NCBI GenBank assembly: GCA_963205035.1
Contig: CAUJII010000013.1
Coordinates: 1 to 47,272, forward strand
Length of the DNA: 47,272 nucleotides
Direction of reading: 5' to 3'
From: Spirochaetota bacterium
GTDB lineage: Bacteria > Spirochaetota > Leptospiria > Turneriellales > Turneriellaceae
Each line of letters opens with the position of its first letter. Positions within the stretch are counted from its first letter, which is position 1. The position numbers and the translations under genes were made by a program. A model generated the notes under the pieces. That model ran no database searches. It was not told the DNA's origin and worked only from the letters and a program-made list of their open reading frames with translations. Below, one piece after another: positions 29,005 to 38,923 of this stretch.

Positions 29005-30309
29005 TTAGCGTGCGAAGACTTTTTCGCCTGCAATAAAAGACTCGTTCACCATTTGCGGATGCGAGCGGTAGACAATCCGTTGCAGCTTTTCACTGAGCGC
29101 GTCATAATTATTTTTTCTCTCATTTAAGAGCGGGTTTGCCATCGAAGAATCGACGACAATGAAATCGGCTTTCTTGCCGACAGCAAAACTCCCCAAGTCG
29201 TCGCGGCCGATTGCGCGCGCATTCAGAAGCGTCGCTTGACAAAGCGCATTCTCAACCGAAACAGTGCTCTCTTCTTTGAGAAGCGAACTTCTGAGTTTCG
29301 ATACCTCGACCATTGTGCGCATCTCATCGAAGAGCGAAAGCGAATACCCTCCCGCGACGTCGGTCCCCAACCCCATCGAAAGTCCCTGCTCTTTGAAAAG
29401 ACGGTATGGCATGATGCCGCTGCCCAAAAACGAATTCGAGGTAGGACAATGCACGAGAACGCTCTTGCGCTCTTGAATTATCCGTAGCTCCTCTGAACTC
29501 AGATGGATGCCATGCCCTAAGAGCGTGCGTTCATGCAAACACCCCGTTCTATCATAGACACCCGCATAAGACGACGCGGTGGGAAACAAGCGCAGAGTTT
29601 CGTGGACCTCGTCGACGTTCTCGCTGATGTGAGTTTGAAGAAGCGTTTTATATTCCTGGCTTAGCCTTCCCGAAAGCGCGAGCAGTTCTTCGCTGCACGT
29701 AATCGCAAAACGCGGCGTCACGACAAACTCGGTGTTTTTTTTCTTGTGGTATTTCTCAAGCAGAAAAAGCGAATCTTTTTCAGTTTGATTCACCGTCGTC
29801 TGCAAATCGGGAGGCACGTTTCTATCCATGAGGGCCGGGCCCATGTACGCGCGAATTTTTGCTTTTGTCGCTTCTTCAAAAGCGATGGCCGCCGCTTCAA
29901 AAAAAGGCGAGAGGTATGCGACGACGGTGGTTGTGCCTAACGAAAGACAGCTCTCAAAAAAATTTCGGCTCTGCTCTTCAGCAACTCGACTCTCTCTGAA
30001 GCGCGCTTCTTGCGGGTAAGTATATTTTTCAAGCCAAGGCAGAAGTGCGTGCTCACCTTGCGCTACGAATTCATACTGAGGCAAATGTGTATGCAAATCG
30101 ATGAGCCCTGGCAGCACGATGAAATTTTCGCGCAACAAGACACTCTGGCCTGCGAGAGTCTCTAAAGGCGGCACATCGCCAAAATATGTAATCTCTCCTT
30201 CGGTGTTCCAAAGCAAACATGCTTTTTCAAAATATTCTACTTTTCCACTTGAAGTGGGATTAACAAACGAAGCTATAATTCCCTTCGCTGCGGCGTTCTT
30301 AGTTTTCAT
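29005..30309 (-). CDS. guaD: Guanine deaminase
   Basis: PGLIDLHTHLPQ, LLPWLEKYTYPQE, VTPRFAITCS, QTHISEN, HCPTSNSFLGSG and GTDVAGG. Confidence 0.92.
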   Translation of the reverse strand: MKTKNAAAKGIIASFVNPTSSGKVEYFEKACLLWNTEGEITYFGDVPPLETLAGQSVLLRENFIVLPGLIDLHTHLPQYEFVAQGEHALLPWLEKYTYPQEARFRESRVAEEQSRNFFESCLSLGTTTVVAYLSPFFEAAAIAFEEATKAKIRAYMGPALMDRNVPPDLQTTVNQTEKDSLFLLEKYHKKKNTEFVVTPRFAITCSEELLALSGRLSQEYKTLLQTHISENVDEVHETLRLFPTASSYAGVYDRTGCLHERTLLGHGIHLSSEELRIIQERKSVLVHCPTSNSFLGSGIMPYRLFKEQGLSMGLGTDVAGGYSLSLFDEMRTMVEVSKLRSSLLKEESTVSVENALCQATLLNARAIGRDDLGSFAVGKKADFIVVDSSMANPLLNERKNNYDALSEKLQRIVYRSHPQMVNESFIAGEKVFAR

Positions 30310-31064
30310 TCTATTACAGGGATGGGGCCCACGAGGCGGCCTTCTCGGAATTGTTCGACATAAGGGTCTGTCGTCCGACGGAACTCTTCTGTCGTCATCA
30401 CCGAATGGAGCACACCCGAGACAATGAGACCGATTTTGTCTGCGAGCTTATACGCAAGATTAAAATCGTGCGCGACGACAATCGCCGTGCTCCCTAAATT
30501 CTTTTTGATTTCGATGATGAGGTCTGCGATCGCATCGGTCAAGACAGGGTCGAGCCCCGCCGTTGGGTCGTCAAAAAGCAAGAGCTTGGGATCCATAGCG
30601 ATCGCTCGCGCAATGCCCGCTCGCTTTTGCATCCCACCCGATAGTTCTGAAGGGTACTTATCTTCGACGTTCTTAAGCCCCGCTCGATTCAAACACTCCG
30701 TCGCCTTCTCGCGCAGCGCATCCACGCCCAAGTCGCTGAACCGCCTCAGCGCGAAGACGACATTTTGCCAAACGTGCATCGAATCGAAAAGTCCCGACTT
30801 TTGAAAGACATACCCCATGCTACGGCGCAATTCCTCCAATTCTTCGTGCTCCAGGTGGTGGACGTTTTGCCCAAAGACGGTGGCACTACCGCGTTGTGGT
30901 TTGAAAAGCCCCGCGAGAGTTTTCAGAAAGACTGTCTTGCCGCAGCCGTTCTTCCCCATGAGGACGAGCGTCTCGCCTTCATTCACAGAAACCGATATGT
31001 CGTTCAAAATAAGTTTTCCGTCGAGCGTTAAATTCAGGTTTTCTGTTTGCACAGCCAAAGGCAT
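30306..31064 (-). CDS. ABC transporter ATP-binding protein (MlaF/Mkl-like)
   Basis: GKNGCGKT, FQKSGLFDSM, PSELSGGMQKR and DDPTAGLDP. Confidence 0.9.
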   Translation of the reverse strand: MPLAVQTENLNLTLDGKLILNDISVSVNEGETLVLMGKNGCGKTVFLKTLAGLFKPQRGSATVFGQNVHHLEHEELEELRRSMGYVFQKSGLFDSMHVWQNVVFALRRFSDLGVDALREKATECLNRAGLKNVEDKYPSELSGGMQKRAGIARAIAMDPKLLLFDDPTAGLDPVLTDAIADLIIEIKKNLGSTAIVVAHDFNLAYKLADKIGLIVSGVLHSVMTTEEFRRTTDPYVEQFREGRLVGPIPVIE

Positions 31065-31123
31065 CTCTTACCTCGCATAAGACTCGAAGCGCACTGTCAG
31101 CTAATTAACTCTCTTGAGCATCC

Positions 31124-31870
31124 TCAATCTTTGAGCAGAAAGCGCACAGTCACCACTCCAGTCGCACTCTCGCCCGACGCCGATGGGGAAAAAATCGCAC
31201 GGCGGTATGCGTTCTTTGCGTTCAAGTCGAGGCGGGTAATCCCGCTCGACTCTTCAACCTCAACGCTCGTCACGCGCCCCTTCGAGTCAACCTCAATCAA
31301 GAGCTTCACTACGCCCTGTCCCGATTTCTTGCGCACGCTTTCAGGATAATCAATAGACGGCAAACTGACGAGCTTGCGTTGGCCGCCCTTGCGCCACTGA
31401 GTCGTGGATTGCTTTCTTCCCCTCGGAATGACGACATCCTCGTCGGTCTCACTCTTGCTGCCGCGTTTGAATTTTTCGCTGCCCCAGGTAGTGCCACCCG
31501 ATTTATGACTCGGTTCAGCGGCGACCTTCGAGTTGCGCGCAAACATTTGGCTCTCATAAGAACTCCACGGGTCTTCTAAGCTTGGCGTTCCCGAAACCGC
31601 GCTCTTTTGCCGCTTCGACTTACTGCGCGCACTCTTTGCGGCCCCGCTTTTTTGCCTCTGCCGTCTCTTATTTTCCTGCGGTATTTCTTTGAGTTCCAAT
31701 TCTTCATGCTCTTCTTTTGTGGGACTTTGAACGATGAGCGCCACCTCGAGCGTGCGGTCGGTTTCTTTGTGCGTTACGAATAAAATCAACAAAAGAAGAA
31801 TTGCATGAGCGGCGAGCGAATAGAGAAATGCTTTTTGCAACCGCATTGATGCGGCAACATAATTATACAT
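31124..31870 (-). CDS. tonB: Energy transducer TonB family protein
   Basis: N-terminal TM with SLAAH (SxxxH), low-complexity linker, and C-domain YPESVRKK..QGVV..VDSKGRV..SSG..LD. Confidence 0.85.
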   Translation of the reverse strand: MYNYVAASMRLQKAFLYSLAAHAILLLLILFVTHKETDRTLEVALIVQSPTKEEHEELELKEIPQENKRRQRQKSGAAKSARSKSKRQKSAVSGTPSLEDPWSSYESQMFARNSKVAAEPSHKSGGTTWGSEKFKRGSKSETDEDVVIPRGRKQSTTQWRKGGQRKLVSLPSIDYPESVRKKSGQGVVKLLIEVDSKGRVTSVEVEESSGITRLDLNAKNAYRRAIFSPSASGESATGVVTVRFLLKD

Positions 31871-33111
31871 TACTTGCGGAAAATCTTTTTAACGTGTTGG
31901 ATGCCTTCTAAGAGCTTATCGACTTCGTCTTGCGTATTGTAAACACTCATCGATGCGCGTGCAGTCGCGCTCACGCCTAACGCGCGCATAAGAATTTGGC
32001 AGCAATGGTGTCCTGCACGAATGCAAATCATTTGCTCGTCTAAGAGAGTGCCTATATCGTGCGGGTGGACTCCCGGTATCTCGAACGAATAAATCGCGGA
32101 GCGCGTCTTAGCCCCTTTGCCAAAAAAACGAATTCCCGCTTTTTCAAACGCCGCGTCAGCATACGCTGTTATCTCCCTATCGTGCGCATGGATTTCGCGC
32201 GCATATTCATCGGCAAACTCGATGGCCTTGCCTAACGAGAAAATTTCGCCGACGGCTTGCGTACCCGCTTCAAAGCGTGTCGGAGCTTCTAAATACGTCG
32301 AATGATCTTTTTCGACGAGGTTTATCATTCCACCGCCGCCCTGCCAAACATCCAAACTGTCGAGAACTCGCTTCGAGCCGACGACCGCACCAATACCCGT
32401 TGCCGAGAAAAGCTTATGCCCTGAAAAAACAGTGAAGTCGGGTTGCAGTTCCCGCAAAGTTTGAGGGGCGTGCAAAATTCCCTGCGCAGCGTCGACGATG
32501 AAGACTGCGCCAATTCGTTTCGCGGCCTCGCGAAACGGCGCTAAGTCATGCACAATCCCCGTCACATTCGATTGCAGGCTCAGAGAGACAATACGTAGAG
32601 AATACGAAGCCTCGATTCTCGAAAGGAAATCCACCGGATAATTAAAATTACCCTCGCTGTCGATGGGGACGTAAAGAAGTGCATATCCCATGCGCTCCGC
32701 TGCAATTTGCCACGGCACGATATTCGCGTGGTGCTCGCTTTCACTGATAAGAATTGCGGGTTTTTTATCGCTCTGGTAAGCGGCAAAAAAATCTTTGAGA
32801 TGACTCTTGGGTGATGTTAGAGAATGTGCCAAGAGGTTCAAGCCTTCCGTCGTGCCGCGAACAAAAACCGACGTCCCATCTTTTTCGTCCGTGACAAACC
32901 GCGTCACTTTTTGCCGCACGCTTTCGACCGTGTCGGTTGCATGCTGCGAAAGTTTGTAAACCCCCCGGTGGATGTTCACCGATTCATGCGTATGGTAGTG
33001 TAACAGAGCGTCGATTGCACTCTGCGGTTTGAGAGAGGTTGCGGCAGAATCGAAGTAAACAACCCCTGGATTATTTTGAATAAACGGGAAAAAATTTCTA
33101 AGAGAAGCCAT
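31870..33111 (-). CDS. sufS: Cysteine desulfurase SufS/CsdA family
   Basis: YFDSAATSLKP, NIHRG, EHHANIVPW, SGHK (PLP Lys), FEAGT, HPHD and RAGHHC. Confidence 0.92.
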   Translation of the reverse strand: MASLRNFFPFIQNNPGVVYFDSAATSLKPQSAIDALLHYHTHESVNIHRGVYKLSQHATDTVESVRQKVTRFVTDEKDGTSVFVRGTTEGLNLLAHSLTSPKSHLKDFFAAYQSDKKPAILISESEHHANIVPWQIAAERMGYALLYVPIDSEGNFNYPVDFLSRIEASYSLRIVSLSLQSNVTGIVHDLAPFREAAKRIGAVFIVDAAQGILHAPQTLRELQPDFTVFSGHKLFSATGIGAVVGSKRVLDSLDVWQGGGGMINLVEKDHSTYLEAPTRFEAGTQAVGEIFSLGKAIEFADEYAREIHAHDREITAYADAAFEKAGIRFFGKGAKTRSAIYSFEIPGVHPHDIGTLLDEQMICIRAGHHCCQILMRALGVSATARASMSVYNTQDEVDKLLEGIQHVKKIFRK

Positions 33112-33139
33112 TGTCTAATGGCAAGATAATCAAAAAAAC

Positions 33140-34645
33140 TCACGGCGTCTGAATTTTCAGCAAACCGAGCGCTGGGCCTGAAAACTCGCGTACGAGAGGC
33201 GTTCCTTCTTTGTTATACGAAATTATGGGAATGTTACCGCTCCCCACGAGCAGTTGGCCTTGATTGTTAGTCGCGAGCACGGTGGGGCGCACGGAGAGTG
33301 TAAAATGTTTTCGTGAAAAGTTCAAACCCTTTGTGTGGGTAAGAAGCGTCAAATCTTGCTTGCGCACGGGGTCGGTATAGAACCGGCTTACTGCAATCGA
33401 TACTCCATCGCGAGCGGGTAGAAGCACTAAGGAAAGAGCGCCGGGCAACGATTCAAACCCCTTCTGCGTAAGAGTACCGTTCGCGAAACGATAAATACGC
33501 AACCCTTGATCGTTCTTCACTTCGTTGTACGGCCCTTGGTCGGCATTGTCGCCGCTCAAAACCAAAATTTCGTCGGTGCCGTCCTTGTCGATATCCACAA
33601 CTTCGAGCCACACCGAGCCCAAGTGCGGCGGGTAATCGACGAGCGATTTCTTACGCGAAACGCCCGCCTTGTAATCGATGCGAAAAAGTCCTTCTCTTGC
33701 ACCGCCAGCAAGTGCCAAGAAGGAAAATTCACCCGGCTTCTCGCTCTTAATTTCTGCGAGCCTCACCACCGACTCTCTTTCGCTGATTGTGTTGCACGCA
33801 TATTTTGCGCGCTGGCTCGTACACGCGAGAACTCCCCCGCCGACAACATTACCGAAAAGCGCAACGACAAAATCGGGCGTGTTGTCGTTATTAAGATTCG
33901 CTATAAGAAAGTGTGCAGCACGGGGTAAATCCCATAGAATTTTGTGGTATTGATACCCCTGACGCGAGACTTTATAGATAGACGACCTTGCGTCAGCATC
34001 GAGCGAGCCTAAGAGCGAACCGAGGGTGAGAACATAATAAGCGTCTGGAGTTTCGACCAAGTGAACGGGAGGAGAATCGAGCGGAATGCTTTTTATCGTT
34101 CTGAGATTTGCGTCTAAGAAAAAAAGAGTACCGCTCATGCCGCCACCGACGGCAAAGCCGCCATGCGAGAGCCGAGCGAGAAGAGTCACGCCCCGGTCTG
34201 CAATCCCAATCTCTGTAAGCGAAGCTTCGTGCGCTTCTTCACTCGATTCAAAAGGATGGCGCGCAGAAGCGAGATACCAAGCCTTGAGAGAGTGCCATTC
34301 GTTCGGCAAGACCATTGCGTTTACGGGAATTTTATTTTGACGCTTCAAGAGTTCATATCGGTTCCTGAATTGTTCTTTCTCGAGTGGGTCGAGTTGCCGC
34401 GATGCGTCGACGCCCAAGAAGAGCCCCATGTACGCGAGCATGAAGTGCGCGCTCACTTGCGTCATCGATTCGGGCTGTGGCACAAGGTGGCATGCGGAGC
34501 AATGTTTCTCTGCGGCTTTCTTGCCCTCTTTGAGTGTCGCCGCATCGACGCTGAGTGCTTCGCCGCGAAAAGAGTTAAACCGCGCACGGTTGCACGAGAG
34601 CACGGCGAAAAGAAAAATAAAAGATAAAATGGTTTTTAGATACAT
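33140..34645 (-). CDS. Lipoprotein with monoheme cytochrome c domain and FG-GAP/VCBS propeller
   Basis: Lipobox AVLSC, CSACH (CxxCH), and NLNNDNTPDFVV / DIDKDGTDEI repeats. Confidence 0.8.
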   Translation of the reverse strand: MYLKTILSFIFLFAVLSCNRARFNSFRGEALSVDAATLKEGKKAAEKHCSACHLVPQPESMTQVSAHFMLAYMGLFLGVDASRQLDPLEKEQFRNRYELLKRQNKIPVNAMVLPNEWHSLKAWYLASARHPFESSEEAHEASLTEIGIADRGVTLLARLSHGGFAVGGGMSGTLFFLDANLRTIKSIPLDSPPVHLVETPDAYYVLTLGSLLGSLDADARSSIYKVSRQGYQYHKILWDLPRAAHFLIANLNNDNTPDFVVALFGNVVGGGVLACTSQRAKYACNTISERESVVRLAEIKSEKPGEFSFLALAGGAREGLFRIDYKAGVSRKKSLVDYPPHLGSVWLEVVDIDKDGTDEILVLSGDNADQGPYNEVKNDQGLRIYRFANGTLTQKGFESLPGALSLVLLPARDGVSIAVSRFYTDPVRKQDLTLLTHTKGLNFSRKHFTLSVRPTVLATNNQGQLLVGSGNIPIISYNKEGTPLVREFSGPALGLLKIQTP

Positions 34646-34654
34646 GCACTGCGC

Positions 34655-35116
34655 TCACCGCATCGCTTGACGCAGGAGTTTCACGACTTCGGTGTGGTTG
34701 CCGCGCTCTGCAAGAATCAGCGCGGTTTCGTGGGTCGGCGATCTGTAACGCACGTTCGCTTTCGCGGCAATCAGGTCTTGCACGATTTCCGTATAGCCTG
34801 AAACCGAGGCGAGCATGAGAGCAGTCCATCCGAATTTATTGGTAATATCTGTGCGCGCTTTTGCAGCGAGGAGTTTTTTCACCACCGCAGTCTGTCCACG
34901 CTCCGCTGCGCTCATGAGCGGCGTATAACCATACGTATTTTTTTCGTTCAGGTTTTGGCCTGTCGCAATCATCTTATCGACCGTTTCTGCGTCGCCACGA
35001 GACGCCGCATCGACGAATGCGTCTGCGGGTTTGTCAAACGTACGCTTCTGCGACGAAGAGCAGCTCAAAACGGCGCTGAGTGCAATGAAGAGAGAACTAC
35101 CAAAAAAAAGACGCAT
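34655..35116 (-). CDS. Ankyrin-repeat lipoprotein
   Basis: Lipobox AVLSC; GYTPLMSAA, GWTALMLAS and ETALILAE repeats. Start at MRLFF overlaps the upstream stop. Confidence 0.88.
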   Translation of the reverse strand: MRLFFGSSLFIALSAVLSCSSSQKRTFDKPADAFVDAASRGDAETVDKMIATGQNLNEKNTYGYTPLMSAAERGQTAVVKKLLAAKARTDITNKFGWTALMLASVSGYTEIVQDLIAAKANVRYRSPTHETALILAERGNHTEVVKLLRQAMR

Positions 35117-35469
35117 CAACCTGCTTTCTCTAACTTCATTTCGCATTGGCCTTCAAAAATCACTCCGTCGTCGATTTCAAGTTTCGGCGACCGGATGTTA
35201 CCTATAAGAGTTGCGCCTTGACGCAGCTCGACTTTTTCAGAGGCGACGACGTTACCGACGACGTGCCCATAAATAACGACATGCTCTGCTTCAATGTGCG
35301 CTGTCACCTTGGCTTGCGCTGTCACCTCGAGCATTTCACCACCGTGGAGCTCTCCCTCGAATGTGCCCATGAGTTTCAAAGCACGTTCAAACTTCAAGAT
35401 ACCTTTGAAACGGCTACCGGGTGCGAAGGTCGTGGACTCGCCACGCTTTCTGGAATCTTTAGCTGCCAT
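35116..35469 (-). CDS. Bactofilin (CcmA / polymer-forming cytoskeletal protein)
   Basis: Beta-helix pattern FKGILKF..GTFEG..VVIYGHVVGNV..GNI.SPKLEIDDGVIFEGQCEM. Confidence 0.92.
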   Translation of the reverse strand: MAAKDSRKRGESTTFAPGSRFKGILKFERALKLMGTFEGELHGGEMLEVTAQAKVTAHIEAEHVVIYGHVVGNVVASEKVELRQGATLIGNIRSPKLEIDDGVIFEGQCEMKLEKAG

Positions 35470-35470
35470 G

Positions 35471-35692
35471 TTATTTCGTTTTCATTACATAAACGCCATC
35501 CCAATCGGCGGGTGGCGGCTCTTCAATAAAGTGTACGCAACGGTCGAGATACACCTGAGACGGGCCATCGTCTTTCTTGATCGCTAACGCTTTTTTAAAC
35601 ATCTCGGCGGCCATTTTGAACTCGCGCTTTTTATACATCGCAAGGCCTTCGTTATAGACGCCAAGCACCTGTTGCATCTGGTCTGATAGCAT
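35471..35692 (-). CDS. Small TPR protein with PPxDWDG tail
   Basis: YNEGLAMYKKREF..A...F.KAL...DGPS..Y..RC...PPPADWDGVYVMKTK. Confidence 0.8.
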   Translation of the reverse strand: MLSDQMQQVLGVYNEGLAMYKKREFKMAAEMFKKALAIKKDDGPSQVYLDRCVHFIEEPPPADWDGVYVMKTK

Positions 35693-35767
35693 GGTCTACA
35701 ATAGAGATAAAGGAATGGACGTAAAGACTTAATTTACCCGATAGAAACAAATCGAAGAACGGCCCAG

Positions 35768-38700
35768 ATGCTGCGTTGGGTCGAAGTTGCGCTGAAAAAC
35801 CGTCTATGGGTGCTCGTGGCATTTCTCGCTCTGGCCCTTTTGGGAGTTTACTCAGCCCTCCATTTGCCAATCGATGCTGTACCTGATATCACGAACGTTC
35901 AAGTCGTTGTGAACACGCACACCGGCGCTTTAGACCCCGAACAAATCGAACGCACGGTGACTTATTATGTCGAGCTCGAAATGTCGGGTTTGCCGCAGCT
36001 CGAGGAAATTCGCTCACTCTCGAAGTATGGACTTTCTCAAGTCACCGTTGTTTTTCGTGAAGGAACGAACATTTACTGGGCGAGGCAACAGGTGACCGAG
36101 AGGCTCGGGGCGGCTCGCGAGCAAATGCCCGGAAGCCTCAACCCGGAACTCGGCCCGATCACGACAGGCTTGGGAGAAGTCATCATGTACGTCGTCGAGC
36201 CGGTCGAAGGTTCAGACCTTGCAAAGAAAGCGGAGAAGGAGCGTCTCTTATATTTACGCACAATCCAAGACTATGTCATCCGGCCGGAACTCAGAAAAGT
36301 GCATGGGCTTGCCGACGTTGACTCCAACGGAGGTTACAAGAAAGAAATCCACGTTAATATCGTGCCGGAACGCCTTGAGGCAAACGCTATTTCACTCGAA
36401 GAACTTTATTTGGTCTTAAACACCCTCGGCGAAAATTTTGGTGGCGGCTTTATCGAACGCAAAGGCAAACAGCTCATCGTCCGCACGACAGACCAAATGC
36501 AAAATTTAGAAGATGTAAGCCGTGTCCCGGTGAAAATCCGCTACGACGGTTCGATCATTTACTTGGGCCAAATTGCCGACGTACGCGAAGACCATGCGTT
36601 AAGGGTGGGTGCCGCAACGTACCGTGGCCACGAAACAGTCTTGGGCACAGGGCTCATGCGCGTCGGCGAGAATAGCCGCGCTGTGGCTCTGCAATGCGAA
36701 AACGTACTCAAAAATTTGAAGCTCCCCGACGGGGTTCAAATCAAAATCCTTTATAGCCGCAGCTCTCTTGTGTCGGCCACCATCCAAACGGTTCTAAAAA
36801 ATTTATCCGAGGGGGCGATACTCGTCATCGCCGTATTGTTCTTGATTCTGGGCCGCGCGCGCGCTGCAATTCTCGTGGCGTTGGCAATCCCCTTTTCGAT
36901 GCTCGTCGCGCTTTCGGGAATGCACGGTCTTGGAATCTCGGCGAACCTCATGAGTTTGGGGGCCATCGATTTCGGCCTCTTAGTCGACGCATCGGTTGTT
37001 ATGATCGAAAACTATTTGAGGCACGCCGAAGAACACAGCGGCGCACCTCTCACGCTCGATAAACGGATTTCTCTCATCACCGAATCGGCACGCGAGGTGG
37101 TGAAGCCGGTCGTCACGGGTCTTTTTATCATCATGCTGGTCTATGTTCCTGTCTTGGCTCTTGAAGGTGTCGAGGGCAAGATGTTTAGACCGATGGCGCA
37201 GACTGTTCTCATGGCGCTGGGGGCGTCACTCCTCGCAGCAATTTTTCTAATGCCTGTTTTGACGTTTTATGTTCTGCACAAAGAAAAGACAAAACCAAAA
37301 GAGCCGTGGCTTACGCGCATGCTCTTGAAGGCATACAAGCCAGCGCTCGAATTTTCTTTGAAGCACAGACGTGCGCTCGCTCTGCCGGCACTCCTTTTCA
37401 CGGCATTCTCGCTTTTTATTTTTATGCGCTTAGGCTCCGACTTCATGCCACAACTCAACGAAGGGGATTTAGTCGTCATGGCGGCGCGTGACTCGTCGAC
37501 AGGAATCAAAGAATCGGTGCGCGTCCAAATGCTCGTCGACGAGTTAATCGCCTCGCAGAAAGAAGTCGCCGAAGTTTTTGCGCGAATCGGCACCCCCGAA
37601 TCTGCAACCGACCCCATGGGTCCCAACCTGGCCGACACTTTTGTGATACTCAAGAAAGAACACTCCGACGTCCAAACAAAGCAAAAGCTTTACGATAGAC
37701 TGCATGCTCTCTTAAACGAAAAGTTTCCCGAGCAACAACTCTCTCAAACTCAACCGATTGAGATGCGCTTCAACGAAATTTTAGAAGGGAGCCGCGCCGA
37801 TGTCACGTTACGCATCTTTGGCGACGATTTGAAAACCCTCATGGAATTTTCAGATCGTGCAACAAAACTCATCCGAGAAATCCGTGGCACTTATTCGGTC
37901 GAATTAGACGCATTGACTGCGCTCAAAGAAAGCCCGATTCTCGATATCAAAGCAGATAAGAAAACAATGGCGCGCTTCGGAGTTTCCTTGGCAGAAGTCA
38001 ACCGAGCGCTCGAAATGGCGATGAGCGGCATCCGTGTCGGGAGTTATTACGATAATAACATCCGTTTGCCGGTTGTCGTCCACTTAGACGAATCGCGCCG
38101 TAACAACCTCAAACAGATAGAGCAAATACCCGTCGGCCTCGCCACAGGGGGAACAATACCACTGGGGAAACTCACGCAGATAGACGAACGCAAAAAGGTA
38201 ACGACGATTGCACGCTATTACGGCCGCCGCTACGCTGCGATTGGTATCTACTTAAAGAACCGCGATATCGCATCGTTTGTCGAAGAGGCGAAAGAAAAAA
38301 TCCAGACGGGGCTCGAATTGCCGTTTGGCTACACAACGGAATGGGCGGGACAGTTTAAGAATTTGCAGAAGGCGCGGCAAAGGCTGCTTCTGATTGTGCC
38401 GGTCACGCTTGGCATTATTTTTCTTTTGCTCTTGCGTAGTTTTAATTCTTTGCGCGACGCTCTCCTTATTTTCTTGAGCGTGCCTTTTGCCATGAGCGGT
38501 GGAGTCTTGAGCCTCTGGATTGCCGGTCTGCCTTTCAGCATCCCTGCGGCGATAGGCTTTATCGCCCTCAGTGGGATTGCCATTTTGAACGCGATGGTTA
38601 TGGTGAGCTTCTTTCACGAGCTCTTCAAGAAAAACCACGACACGCTGTGGGTGGTGCGTGAGGGAGCCTTGGAACGCCTGCGCCCCGTGGCGATGACCGC

Positions 38701-38923
38701 ACTCGTCGCGTCATTGGGTTTCTTGCCGATGGCATTGGCCACAGGTTTGGGTTCTGAAGTGCAGCGCCCCTTGGCGACTGTCGTCGTCGGTGGGCTGATT
38801 ACTACGACCGTCTTAACTCTCCTCTTGCTGCCTGCGTTTTATCTTTGGAGTTCTAAAGAGGCTCCACCTACTTTGGCGGTTGAACCTTCTCTACCAAAGC
38901 GTCGACAATCGAAGAAGTCTTAA
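35768..38923 (+). CDS. czcA: CzcA/CusA family heavy-metal efflux RND permease
   Basis: LPIDAVPDITNVQV, GPITTGLGE, SLGAIDFGLLVD, EGKMFRPMA, RLRPVAMTA and EVQRPLATVV. Confidence 0.95.
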   Translation: MLRWVEVALKNRLWVLVAFLALALLGVYSALHLPIDAVPDITNVQVVVNTHTGALDPEQIERTVTYYVELEMSGLPQLEEIRSLSKYGLSQVTVVFREGTNIYWARQQVTERLGAAREQMPGSLNPELGPITTGLGEVIMYVVEPVEGSDLAKKAEKERLLYLRTIQDYVIRPELRKVHGLADVDSNGGYKKEIHVNIVPERLEANAISLEELYLVLNTLGENFGGGFIERKGKQLIVRTTDQMQNLEDVSRVPVKIRYDGSIIYLGQIADVREDHALRVGAATYRGHETVLGTGLMRVGENSRAVALQCENVLKNLKLPDGVQIKILYSRSSLVSATIQTVLKNLSEGAILVIAVLFLILGRARAAILVALAIPFSMLVALSGMHGLGISANLMSLGAIDFGLLVDASVVMIENYLRHAEEHSGAPLTLDKRISLITESAREVVKPVVTGLFIIMLVYVPVLALEGVEGKMFRPMAQTVLMALGASLLAAIFLMPVLTFYVLHKEKTKPKEPWLTRMLLKAYKPALEFSLKHRRALALPALLFTAFSLFIFMRLGSDFMPQLNEGDLVVMAARDSSTGIKESVRVQMLVDELIASQKEVAEVFARIGTPESATDPMGPNLADTFVILKKEHSDVQTKQKLYDRLHALLNEKFPEQQLSQTQPIEMRFNEILEGSRADVTLRIFGDDLKTLMEFSDRATKLIREIRGTYSVELDALTALKESPILDIKADKKTMARFGVSLAEVNRALEMAMSGIRVGSYYDNNIRLPVVVHLDESRRNNLKQIEQIPVGLATGGTIPLGKLTQIDERKKVTTIARYYGRRYAAIGIYLKNRDIASFVEEAKEKIQTGLELPFGYTTEWAGQFKNLQKARQRLLLIVPVTLGIIFLLLLRSFNSLRDALLIFLSVPFAMSGGVLSLWIAGLPFSIPAAIGFIALSGIAILNAMVMVSFFHELFKKNHDTLWVVREGALERLRPVAMTALVASLGFLPMALATGLGSEVQRPLATVVVGGLITTTVLTLLLLPAFYLWSSKEAPPTLAVEPSLPKRRQSKKS

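Noticed and set aside
7923-35692. Numerous 60-230-aa antisense or overlapping ORFs in the six-frame track
   Set aside because: Shadows of well-supported genes, with no motifs or RBS.
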